From contig CALVMV010000004.1 of assembly GCA_944349375.1 (NCBI GenBank), forward strand, positions 44,178-108,177: a stretch of 64,000 nucleotides of DNA. The letters are read 5' to 3'. Positions 1 through 8,162 of the stretch are shown piece after piece. The position numbers were made by a program, and so were the translations under genes. A model generated the notes under the pieces. That model searched no databases, was not told the DNA's origin, and was given only the letters and a program-made list of their open reading frames with translations. The DNA comes from an uncultured Clostridia bacterium (GTDB taxonomy: Bacteria; Bacillota; Clostridia; Christensenellales; UBA1242). Each line of letters begins with the position of its first letter. The first letter of the stretch is position 1.

Positions 1-572
1 AAAAAGTTTTACTTTTTGTCGGCAGATTGAATATTTTAAAAAACCTTATTTTCTTAGTTCAGAGTTTAAGAGCCTTAAAAGATAAGAACTTTAAATTCAA
101 AATGCTTTTTGTTGGAACGGGACAAGATGAAGAAGTGATAAAAAAAGAGGTTAAAAAGCAACAACTGGAAAATGAAATAATTTTTGTAGGTAAAATAACA
201 GACAGAATTGAGTTAGCAGCACATTATGCCTTAGCTGATTTATTCCTTTTTCCTTCTTTATATGATTGCAGTTCTTTGGTGCAAATTGAAGCTTCAAGTC
301 AAAAAACACCAGCTCTATTTTTAGAGGGAGCTGCTACTGCTGATACGATTACCCCAGAAGTTAATGGCTTTTTATCTAAGAACTCTATTGAATGTTATGC
401 CGATAAAATTATAGATATATTTAAAAGCGAAAAAAAATACTCCCAAGTTTGCCAAAATGCTTTTGAGCAATTATATCTTCCTTGGCCTAAAGTTATTGAA
501 AAAGCATACAATCGTTATTGCGAATTGATAGAAAAATTAAAAAAGGACAAAAATAAAAAGAACACATTATAA
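1..572 (+). CDS. Glycosyltransferase (GT-B, family 1/4-like), C-terminal part; the 5' end lies outside the window
   Basis: The frame is open from base 3 (KVLLFVGRLNILKN...). It shows a typical GT1/GT4 C-terminal region (FVGTG..., LFLFPSLYDCSSLVQIEASS). The TTG at 27 is probably internal. Confidence 0.6.
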   Translation, partial: KVLLFVGRLNILKNLIFLVQSLRALKDKNFKFKMLFVGTGQDEEVIKKEVKKQQLENEIIFVGKITDRIELAAHYALADLFLFPSLYDCSSLVQIEASSQKTPALFLEGAATADTITPEVNGFLSKNSIECYADKIIDIFKSEKKYSQVCQNAFEQLYLPWPKVIEKAYNRYCELIEKLKKDKNKKNTL

Positions 573-587
573 AAATATAATGTGTTT

Positions 588-1376
588 TTATTTACAATAA
601 AGTTTACGAACAATAAAGTTTATAACTCTTGTTGGCAACACTTTAGAAAGAAAACTTACAAATTTGTAAGACAATCCAACTGATTTTCTTAAAGGAGGGT
701 TCTTCTTTTTTGCAATTTTTTGCACTACTTTTGCAACACTATCTGCACTCATGCCTGTTTGCTCGTCTTTTTCTACTTTTTTTATACTGTTTTCAATTCT
801 TTCTCGTTTTTCTTTGTCATTAACATCATTTTGTATTATTCGAGAAGTTGTAAAACTAGTTTTTATATCGCCAGGTAAAATCGCTGTTACTTTTATTCCG
901 CTTTCTTTAACTTCATTGGCTAAAGCCCTTGAAAATATCTCTACTCCGGCTTTTGTAGCCGAATAAACTGCCTGATAAGGCAAAGGAATTATTCCCCCAA
1001 TAGATGAAATGTTAATAATCTTTCCTTTGGTCTTTTTTAAATAAGGGATAAAAATTGAAGATAATGTTATAACAGCCGAAAGGTTTGTGTTGACTAAAGA
1101 ATAAATGTTTTCAGCAGAACAATTTTCTACTGCTCCCGCTATGCCAAAGCCGGCATTATTAACAAGCAAATCTATTTGCCCTTCTTTTTCAAAAATTTCT
1201 TTAGCGATAGATTTGATTTTTTGATAATCGTTAACATCTACTTCATAACTTTTAAAAGGACTCTCTTCGACAGTTCTTGACAAGTTATATATTACATAAT
1301 CTTTACTTAACCTTATTCCACAGGCATAGCCAATACCTTTGCTAGCTCCAGTAATAACTGCAACTTTCTTTTTCAT
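588..1376 (-). CDS. Short-chain dehydrogenase/reductase (SDR) family oxidoreductase
   Basis: N-terminal TGASKGIG Rossmann motif, NNAG, and catalytic YSATKAG (YxxxK). Confidence 0.85.
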   Translation of the reverse strand: MKKKVAVITGASKGIGYACGIRLSKDYVIYNLSRTVEESPFKSYEVDVNDYQKIKSIAKEIFEKEGQIDLLVNNAGFGIAGAVENCSAENIYSLVNTNLSAVITLSSIFIPYLKKTKGKIINISSIGGIIPLPYQAVYSATKAGVEIFSRALANEVKESGIKVTAILPGDIKTSFTTSRIIQNDVNDKEKRERIENSIKKVEKDEQTGMSADSVAKVVQKIAKKKNPPLRKSVGLSYKFVSFLSKVLPTRVINFIVRKLYCK

Positions 1377-1378
1377 TT

Positions 1379-2251
1379 TTAGCCTATCACCCTAGAAGTT
1401 GCAATTGCTAATGCTCCATCTCCAATATGGCATGCTACCGATAAAGAAAGAGGATCTATAAAAGTGAGTTCGACATTAGGAATTTCTTTTCTAATCTGTT
1501 CTGCAAAAGCTTGGGCTTTGGCTAAACAATTAGTATGAGCAACGTATAATCTCATCTGGCCCTTTTTTACATAATCTTTAAATCTTGTTTCTAAATCTTT
1601 TTTTACAGCACTTATCATTTTGGCACAAGCAACTTTTTCGTTTAAAACTTTTGCAAATTGATCTAATTTTCCACCTTGAATTTGCAAAACTGGCTTTATT
1701 TTTAATAAAGTTCCTATAGCTGCTGCAGCGGGAGTTATTCTGCCACCTTTTTTCAAATATTTTAATGTTGAAACCATTATATAGATGCTGTTATTACTTT
1801 TGTTTTCTTCAAGCATCTTTTTTATTTCTTCAGCACTAAATCCTTTTTTTGCTAGTTCTATCGCATCCAAAACAGATTGCTTTAAAGTTACTGAAATTGC
1901 ATGATTGTCCACAACTTGAACTTTGCCTTCAAATTGTTTAGCAAAGTTTTTAGCAGTTTCACATGACATGCTTAAAGCGCTTGACATCGGCAAGTGAACA
2001 ATCTCATCGTATTTTTTTAAAATTTCTTCCCACATCTCTACTATTTGACCTATGGAAGGTTGGGATGTTGAGATGTTTTGATTCGACAAAAGCTTTTGAT
2101 AAAATTGCTCTTGTGTCAAATTTATATCTTCAAAAAATTCTTCTTCTCCAATCATAAATGGCATTGGAACTATGAACAAATTTTCTATTTGTTCTGCTTC
2201 CTTTCCTGTTAATCCTGAATTGCTATCTGTTATTATCGCTATCTTCTTCAT
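1379..2251 (-). CDS. DegV family fatty-acid-binding protein
   Basis: KIAIITDSNSGL start, a length of 290 aa, and the general DegV pattern. It lies 2 nt upstream of the SDR gene. Confidence 0.85.
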   Translation of the reverse strand: MKKIAIITDSNSGLTGKEAEQIENLFIVPMPFMIGEEEFFEDINLTQEQFYQKLLSNQNISTSQPSIGQIVEMWEEILKKYDEIVHLPMSSALSMSCETAKNFAKQFEGKVQVVDNHAISVTLKQSVLDAIELAKKGFSAEEIKKMLEENKSNNSIYIMVSTLKYLKKGGRITPAAAAIGTLLKIKPVLQIQGGKLDQFAKVLNEKVACAKMISAVKKDLETRFKDYVKKGQMRLYVAHTNCLAKAQAFAEQIRKEIPNVELTFIDPLSLSVACHIGDGALAIATSRVIG

Positions 2252-2276
2252 AAAATTTCCTTTTTTTATTATTTTT

Positions 2277-2927
2277 TTATCTATCTATATGGAAAATATT
2301 AAAATCTATAAATGAGCCTAAAAAGTGAGTGTATTGCAATCTTCCCGAATATCCTACTTTCATTCTAGATTTATGCTTATTAAAGTATGCTCTACATTTT
2401 TTATTCACACAAATATATCTTGGCTCTCTGGTTAATCCACACCAAGCCCATGCAATGTCCCTAAAAAGTTTTTCGTGGATTTGTTCCATATAAATAGATT
2501 TTTTCTCACAATAAGGACACTTCATATCGGTTTTTTGAAATGCCATCATCTTAAAAGCATTTACTCTGAATTTTATAGTGTCTAAAACAGAATCCTTCCC
2601 ATCAAAGTCTTCTTCACTAGTATCGGATTCTGTTTGTTCTTGCTCCTGCCCTTGATTCTCTGTGTCGTTTTCAGCTGTGCTTTGCTTTTGATCAGAGCCA
2701 TTATTATCATTGTCTCCATTAGCATAAGCACTCTGAGCACCTATATTGCCACCATATAAACTGCTTTGATCCTGACTTTCCTCGTTTATGCCATTTTCTT
2801 CTTCCGCATCTTCCCCTTGCATTCTGCTTCTAAACTTGGCTCGTAAATCTTTGTTTGCACCATCTCTTTGAGAAGTGGAAGAATTTTGATTCCTTCTTTT
2901 CTTATCATAATCTTTTGGTAATAACAT
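2277..2927 (-). CDS. Hypothetical protein with an acidic low-complexity N-terminal half and a C-terminal Cys4 zinc ribbon
   Basis: Start moved to the ATG at 2927, which follows AGAGGAAAT. CPYC...C(x4)KKC cysteine pairs are present. No family recognised. Confidence 0.5.
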   Translation of the reverse strand: MLLPKDYDKKRRNQNSSTSQRDGANKDLRAKFRSRMQGEDAEEENGINEESQDQSSLYGGNIGAQSAYANGDNDNNGSDQKQSTAENDTENQGQEQEQTESDTSEEDFDGKDSVLDTIKFRVNAFKMMAFQKTDMKCPYCEKKSIYMEQIHEKLFRDIAWAWCGLTREPRYICVNKKCRAYFNKHKSRMKVGYSGRLQYTHFLGSFIDFNIFHIDR

Positions 2928-2974
2928 ATTTCCTCTCGAGTTTATTATACACAAAAAATATTATTTTACAAAAT

Positions 2975-2999
2975 AAAAAGCGCTTTATATGCGCTTTTT
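2975..2999. terminator. Bidirectional intrinsic terminator hairpin
   Basis: AAAAAGCGC (2975-2983) pairs with GCGCTTTTT (2991-2999), with A/T runs on both sides. Confidence 0.5.
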
Positions 3000-3005
3000 A
3001 TTCTC

Positions 3006-3239
3006 TTAATCAATCCAGAGCACTTTACCTGTAATAAGCAAGCAGATAATATCTACAAGCCACATGAATGGAATTCCGATAACAATAAGAAGAACTGCTA
3101 AAACAATACCGATTACACTATTCTTGTTAATAGATCTAGCAAGACGGTAAATGTTCCAAACAATATCTAGAACTGGCAATGCAAGAATAATTTTGATCCA
3201 TAAAGCCAATCCTTCCATTCCTTTGATAAAACTTTTCAT
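3006..3239 (-). CDS. Small integral membrane protein (two hydrophobic spans)
   Basis: 77-aa ORF with two clear hydrophobic segments. AGGAGGG lies upstream of the ATG. Confidence 0.5.
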   Translation of the reverse strand: MKSFIKGMEGLALWIKIILALPVLDIVWNIYRLARSINKNSVIGIVLAVLLIVIGIPFMWLVDIICLLITGKVLWID

Positions 3240-3358
3240 AATCCCTCCTTAATACTTGTATTATATGCTAATAACGAAAAATAGACAATCAAAATAAGTC
3301 TTTTTTTAAATTTTTTTTATATTTTTTGTTGAATAAACATTTATATTATTTCTAAACA

Positions 3359-3387
3359 TTGACAAGCAAAACAAAAAATATTAAAAT
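3359..3387 (+). promoter_or_regulatory. Sigma-A type promoter for tRNA-Leu
   Basis: TTGACA (3359-3364), 17-nt spacer, TAAAAT (3382-3387), about 30 nt upstream of the tRNA. Confidence 0.5.
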
Positions 3388-3415
3388 AATCACATCTAGT
3401 TTGAAAACCAATTTT

Positions 3416-3501
3416 GCGGAAGTGGCGGAATGGCAGACGCGCAGGTTTCAGGTACCTGTGGTAGAAATACCATGTGAGTTCGACTCTCATCTCCCGCACC
3501 A
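3416..3501 (+). tRNA. tRNA-Leu (anticodon CAG), class II with long variable arm, CCA encoded
   Basis: Manual fold. The anticodon stem CAGGT/ACCTG encloses loop TTCAGGT. The long variable arm is TGGTAGAAATACCA, the T-arm is GTGAG-TTCGACT-CTCAT, and the 3' end is ACCA. There is one A-C mismatch in the acceptor stem. Confidence 0.9.
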
Positions 3502-3626
3502 AAACTATTTTGTTTTTTATTTTACAAATTTACTAAAAGAAAAAATATTATAAATACAATTAGTTAAATTATTTAATACATTTATTAAAACTTCGCAAAA
3601 ATACAAGAAAGATAAATGGGAGACTT

Positions 3627-3806
3627 ATGGAATATAGAGTCATAAAAATTAACGAACTTGATAAAGCAAACGAATTGTATCGCTATGTAATAAAATTTTG
3701 TAAAACTTGGGATTGGAACGAAAATTATTCAAGCTTAAAAATGATTGAGGAAGATATCGTAACTACTAAATTTTCATTCTTTATAAAACCGACAGAACCA
3801 ACATAA
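3627..3806 (+). CDS. Small hypothetical protein (59 aa), below the ORF-track cutoff
   Basis: ATG at 3627 preceded by GGGAG. Translation is MEYRVIKINELDKANELYRYVIKFCKTWDWNENYSSLKMIEEDIVTTKFSFFIKPTEPT. No family recognised. Confidence 0.3.
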   Translation: MEYRVIKINELDKANELYRYVIKFCKTWDWNENYSSLKMIEEDIVTTKFSFFIKPTEPT

Positions 3807-3968
3807 TAAACTACGACCAACTTGAAAAAGAACTAATAAAAGATCTTAAAAAACACAACAAATATTAAATCTTAACATTATTTTCTAAATAACTCATACA
3901 ATTATTATTTTACAATAACAATATAACAAAAAATAATATTTAAAAAGTTTGTATTATATATTTAACAT

Positions 3969-5546
3969 TTAAAATTTTTCAACTTCTTCATTATTTTCTA
4001 TAAAATTCTTTTTTTTTAACTCAATTTTTTTTAACCCTTCTTTATCAAGGTTATATACTTCATTACAAATTTCATTGATAAATTTTCTATCATGGGATAC
4101 GGTAATAATGACACCATTAAATTTTTTTAATACCCCTCTTATAATAGGATTAGATAATGGGCTTAAATTTCTAGTTGGCTCATCCAAAACTAAAACATTA
4201 TTTTTTTGAACTATTAATTTGGTTATTAAGATCTTAGCTTTTTGTCCTTCACTTAAATCAGATATTTTATGCTCCATTTCTTCTCTCGTAAATTTTAAGC
4301 ATCCTAACAATGTTCTAGGATTTAATTTTGAATTAGCCTCTTGTAATTCTTCAACTGGTGTTGCAGAATAATTTAAATTTTCACTATAATTTTGAGAAAA
4401 ATACCCTATTTTTAAACCACTTGTATTTTGTAAAACAGGCAAAATTGTTTTTAAAAATGTAGTTTTCCCGCAACCATTATTTCCAGTGATTGCAACTTTT
4501 TGTGGACCAAAAATTTTAAATTCTATATTTTGAGATAACTTTTTTCCACCTACTTTCAATTCTTTTATATTTACATCTATAACTTTCTTTTGATTTGGTA
4601 CTACAATATTTTTATCAACTATTAAATTAATAGCTTCCTCAACTTCAGGAATTTCCGTTAATTCTTCATCTTGTAATTTTTTTTCTTGAGCTTTTATATT
4701 TGCCATTTTTTTTGCAACTATGCGACCATTTGATGGATCCTTTTTAGATGCATTTAATGAATTTTCCACCTTTTGTTTTATTTGTCTTAATATTTCTTCT
4801 TGTTTAGCTTTCTCCCTTCTTTCGTTATAAGCTATTTGCGTTTGTTTCTCAATACCACGTCGTCGAGAGTCAATATATTCGTCATAGCTACATTTCGCTA
4901 AAGTAAACTTCGGTTTAGATTTTTTCATCAATTGTTCTATGTGTAATATTCTGTTTGCACAATTTTCAAGCAAAGTTTCATCATGAGAAATAAAAATAAT
5001 TGGCAACTCTGAACTTTTTATAAAATTTTCTAACCATTCTAAAGTATTTATATCTAAATCATTCGTAGGCTCATCTAAAAGTAAAACTGTTGGATTTTTA
5101 CATAATATTTTTACCATTTGCAATTTTACTTGCTCTCCACCAGAAAGATTTTTTATTAAAGTATTATCTTCGAGTATTTTTTTATCAAGCCCAAATTCTG
5201 TTAATTTTTTTTCTATCTTATCAAAATACTCATAGACCGCATAATCATCTTCTGAAGAGGGATTTTCTTTTAAAAAATAGTCTAAAATAGTAAACGCTCC
5301 CCAATTGTTAGATAGCTTTTGTTCCAAATATCCTAATATTTCACCTCTTGTGTCAATTGTGCCCTGCACATTACAATATGACGAAATAAGATCTTTATCA
5401 TAAATTGCCTTTAACAATGTTGACTTACCATTTCCCTCTTCTCCAATAATTGCAAGCCTATCTTCTTTATTTAATGAAAATGACAAATCTTCAATTAATT
5501 TCCTGCCCTTAATAGTTTCTATAGAAACATTTTGTAACTTTAGCAT
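3969..5546 (-). CDS. ABC-F family ATPase (two ABC cassettes, no transmembrane domain)
   Basis: Walker A GEEGNGKST and GNNGCGKTT, signatures LSGGEQ and LSEGQ, Walker B LLLDEPTNDLD and VLVLDEPTRNL. A charged K/E/Q-rich linker of about 100 aa joins the cassettes. The ATG abuts the stop of the upstream radical SAM gene (TAAATG). Confidence 0.85.
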   Translation of the reverse strand: MLKLQNVSIETIKGRKLIEDLSFSLNKEDRLAIIGEEGNGKSTLLKAIYDKDLISSYCNVQGTIDTRGEILGYLEQKLSNNWGAFTILDYFLKENPSSEDDYAVYEYFDKIEKKLTEFGLDKKILEDNTLIKNLSGGEQVKLQMVKILCKNPTVLLLDEPTNDLDINTLEWLENFIKSSELPIIFISHDETLLENCANRILHIEQLMKKSKPKFTLAKCSYDEYIDSRRRGIEKQTQIAYNERREKAKQEEILRQIKQKVENSLNASKKDPSNGRIVAKKMANIKAQEKKLQDEELTEIPEVEEAINLIVDKNIVVPNQKKVIDVNIKELKVGGKKLSQNIEFKIFGPQKVAITGNNGCGKTTFLKTILPVLQNTSGLKIGYFSQNYSENLNYSATPVEELQEANSKLNPRTLLGCLKFTREEMEHKISDLSEGQKAKILITKLIVQKNNVLVLDEPTRNLSPLSNPIIRGVLKKFNGVIITVSHDRKFINEICNEVYNLDKEGLKKIELKKKNFIENNEEVEKF

Positions 5547-6902
5547 TTACACCTCCAATTTTGATATTAATTGTTGGATTCTTTTTTTAATAATTTTTTT
5601 ACATTCATTATTTTTATAAATATTACGATCTATATTTTCAATTATATTTTTTCTAATACGAGGACACAGTCCTTGGCAATATTTTATATATTTACAAGAA
5701 AAACATTTTGAGTTATTTACATTCATTAAAGACATATTTTCAACAAAATCCAAGGTAATATCTGAATTGTCATAGGGGTCACAATTATTATTTAATCTTT
5801 CTTGAATAGTCCCAATTTTAAAATTTTCATCAAATACATTATTCCAACATCTATACAAATTGCCATTGCTATCTAAAACAATATCTTTTGTTAAACTTTC
5901 TGCTATACAAAATGTATTTAAATTTGAAACCATTAGATTTGCATTAACCAATTTTTGTTTGTAACAAATATCAAAAAGTTCTTCACGATATTTTTCATAT
6001 TCAAACAAATTAAAAGAATTTATCGAACCAAAAACTCTAGCTATATCAACAAATATGTATTGTCCAAAATATTTTTTTTCTAACAAATTTGTAATTTTTT
6101 CTAAAAATTGCTTTATACTTTGATAATTTTGTTTATCTACATTTAATCTAATTACAATTTTTATTTTATTTTCTGCACATTTATTAATATTATAAATTAT
6201 TTTATCAAATGTATTAATTTTACATTTATTTGTTCTTCGTGAATTATGGAACTCTTTTTCACCATCTATGGTAATTTGAATAAAATCACAATCTTCAAAC
6301 TGTAAATGCTTTATGAAATCTCCGTCAATTAAATAACCATTCGAAATAATATTAAAATGAAACTTTATATTCTTTTCAACGCATAAATTTTTAACTTTTT
6401 CATTAAATTTTATTATAAAATTTTTTTCTAAAGTTGGTTCTCCACCATAATAAACAATTTTTAAATCTTTAACATAATCTAAAGTAACTTTATCTATATA
6501 CTGGTATAAATATTCCGATGTTTTTATTAAATTTGAAGAACAATTTTCTTTTTTATTGAGATTTTCCCTTTCGAAACAATAAGGGCAGCAAAAGTTGCAT
6601 AAGTTTGTTATTGCAAAATCTATTTTTACACTTTCTTTTTCTGATGAGTATTTAGAAATATTATAAGTCAACTTATTTCTATTTTTTATTTCTTCATCAA
6701 AATTTGATTCAACTAAAAATTCTTGATCAATTAAAACAGCTATTTCATCTTCCGAAAATATTGCTATATCTTTGTTTTTTTTAAATAATATAATTTTTTT
6801 ATAACTTTCTAAATCTAAAACAATCAACGAACCATTATTTGTATTAAAGAGGAACTTTTTATTATTAATATTAAAAATCTCACAATAATTTGTTAATTCC
6901 AT
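5547..6902 (-). CDS. Radical SAM/SPASM-domain peptide maturase
   Basis: CNFCCPYC (CxxxCxxC) cluster plus C-terminal Cys-rich SPASM-like motifs (CFSCKYIKYCQGLCP, NECKK). Start set to the ATG at 6902 (MELTNYCEIF), which follows AGGAGTG. The longer track start at 6944 would run through a hairpin. Confidence 0.85.
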   Translation of the reverse strand: MELTNYCEIFNINNKKFLFNTNNGSLIVLDLESYKKIILFKKNKDIAIFSEDEIAVLIDQEFLVESNFDEEIKNRNKLTYNISKYSSEKESVKIDFAITNLCNFCCPYCFERENLNKKENCSSNLIKTSEYLYQYIDKVTLDYVKDLKIVYYGGEPTLEKNFIIKFNEKVKNLCVEKNIKFHFNIISNGYLIDGDFIKHLQFEDCDFIQITIDGEKEFHNSRRTNKCKINTFDKIIYNINKCAENKIKIVIRLNVDKQNYQSIKQFLEKITNLLEKKYFGQYIFVDIARVFGSINSFNLFEYEKYREELFDICYKQKLVNANLMVSNLNTFCIAESLTKDIVLDSNGNLYRCWNNVFDENFKIGTIQERLNNNCDPYDNSDITLDFVENMSLMNVNNSKCFSCKYIKYCQGLCPRIRKNIIENIDRNIYKNNECKKIIKKRIQQLISKLEV

Positions 6903-6921
6903 TTGCACTCCTATAAAATAA

Positions 6922-6946
6922 AGATGAGATAATATATATCTCATCT
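6922..6946 (-). promoter_or_regulatory. Intercistronic stem-loop between the precursor peptide and maturase genes
   Basis: Perfect 9-bp stem AGATGAGAT/ATCTCATCT with a 7-nt loop. On the transcribed strand it is followed by TTATTTTAT and then the maturase RBS. Confidence 0.4.
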
Positions 6947-6958
6947 AAATATCATGAC

Positions 6959-7051
6959 TTAACATCCACCATAATGAGAGCAAGGTCCACAAAGAAATTG
7001 TTTAGTAGATACTTCCTTCACTGATTTTTGTTTTTTTAAAACTACTTTCAT
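6959..7051 (-). CDS. Putative RiPP precursor peptide (30 aa): MKVVLKKQKSVKEVSTKQFLCGPCSHYGGC
   Basis: Not in the ORF track because it is too short. The ATG at 7051 is preceded by AGGAGGGAGAAA. A Lys-rich leader is followed by a C-terminal 10-residue core with 3 Cys. It lies directly upstream of the rSAM/SPASM gene. Confidence 0.6.
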   Translation of the reverse strand: MKVVLKKQKSVKEVSTKQFLCGPCSHYGGC

Positions 7052-7082
7052 TTTCTCCCTCCTTTATTAGAATTTTATCATA

Positions 7083-7664
7083 TTATATGTTATTTGTCAA
7101 CAAAAAAGATACAAGTTCTTTTTTTGTAATTTTTACATCCATATTTGACAAAATTAATTCTTTTAATATTTCTTTTTGGGTGACGTATAAATACTTAATA
7201 TATAACATTGCTGAATAATAGTAATCAATATTAAACTTAAAATATTTTTTTAATTTATTTAAAGGAATAATATTTATTTTGTTTGCTTTATCCTTTACTA
7301 TATTTCTTGCTAACAGTGTAGCTAATCCTTCAGATAACCATAAATCTATATTTTTATTAATATTATAAAGAATTGCATGTATTATCTCGTGATGCAATAT
7401 TTTACAAAATTCTAAATCAAAGTTTTTGAAAGAATCTTGATTTATGTATATATTGCCATCTTCCATAAACATAATCGCATAATTATTAAAATTTTCATCT
7501 AAACTCTTAATGAATTTTTTACGAGTTATTACAATTATTTTTATACTAATCTCTTTGTTAAAATTAATAATACACTTGATTTGTTTAATTGATAAATCAA
7601 GCAATTTTTTCGCTAATTCATATAACCTTTTGCTTTTATTTCCATTGACAATAATTTTATCCAT
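7083..7664 (-). CDS. Putative zinc metallopeptidase (HExxH...E gluzincin, peptidase-MA-like)
   Basis: HEIIH followed 15 residues later by the E of WLSEGLATLLA. It is the first gene of the operon, 31 nt upstream of the precursor ORF. Confidence 0.55.
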   Translation of the reverse strand: MDKIIVNGNKSKRLYELAKKLLDLSIKQIKCIINFNKEISIKIIVITRKKFIKSLDENFNNYAIMFMEDGNIYINQDSFKNFDLEFCKILHHEIIHAILYNINKNIDLWLSEGLATLLARNIVKDKANKINIIPLNKLKKYFKFNIDYYYSAMLYIKYLYVTQKEILKELILSNMDVKITKKELVSFLLTNNI

Positions 7665-7726
7665 ATTTCAGTCATTATAGCATACTTTGCTGAAATATAC
7701 AAAAATAAAAATAATAATTTATATCC

Positions 7727-7770
7727 TGGTGCACCTGAGAAGATTCGAACTTACGACAAACCCGTCTTAG
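7727..7770 (-). pseudogene. tRNA 3'-end-like fragment (T-arm, acceptor 3' strand, CCA), not a complete tRNA
   Basis: The minus strand reads ...GTAAGTTCGAATCTTCTCAGGTGCACCA. No matching 5' acceptor strand or anticodon stem could be folded from the adjoining sequence. Confidence 0.35.
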
Positions 7771-7818
7771 GCAGAAGAATTATCAAAAGCGTTCTCCCCT
7801 TATGAAAAAGTCTTTTAA

Positions 7819-8145
7819 TTAGGAGAAAAGCTCATCAAATTAAAAGATGAATATTCCAAGTCAGAATACAGCAAGGAAAAAGCTGATGAAATTAGTGATT
7901 TAGAAAAATTTATTGAACAAGAATGCTCAAAATTTGATCCCCAACTATTAATAGATGTGTCAAAATATAGAAAAGAATATTTTGTAAATAAAACAACTGA
8001 AGAGAAGTTATATAAAGATGGCGGTGTAACAATAAACATAACAAACGATATTGAAAATTCACCATATTGTCAAAGTGCCGATCTTATCAATTCTTCAGCT
8101 AATAAACTATTTTTAAAACAACTAGATGAAATTCTTTATAGTTAA
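7819..8145 (+). pseudogene. Open frame of 108 codons without an ATG/GTG/TTG until 7957; possible 5'-truncated gene remnant
   Basis: The frame is open from the TAA at 7816-7818 (LGEKLIKLKDEYSKSEYSKEKADE...). The only start candidate is the GTG at 7957. No family recognised. Confidence 0.3.
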
Positions 8146-8162
8146 ATATTAAAATTGATAAA

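Noticed and set aside
3359-3553. 64-aa + strand ORF
   Set aside because: It runs straight through the tRNA-Leu gene and its promoter, so it is not a credible CDS.
7727-7815. Attempt to fold a complete minus-strand tRNA around the TTCGAA T-loop-like sequence
   Set aside because: Only the T-arm (imperfect), the acceptor 3' strand and CCA are present. No complementary 5' acceptor strand (GCACCTG) and no anticodon stem can be formed, so it is reported only as a fragment.
7815-8039. 74-aa minus-strand ORF
   Set aside because: It overlaps the longer, better-behaved + strand frame, is Ser/Phe-rich with low complexity, and has no RBS.
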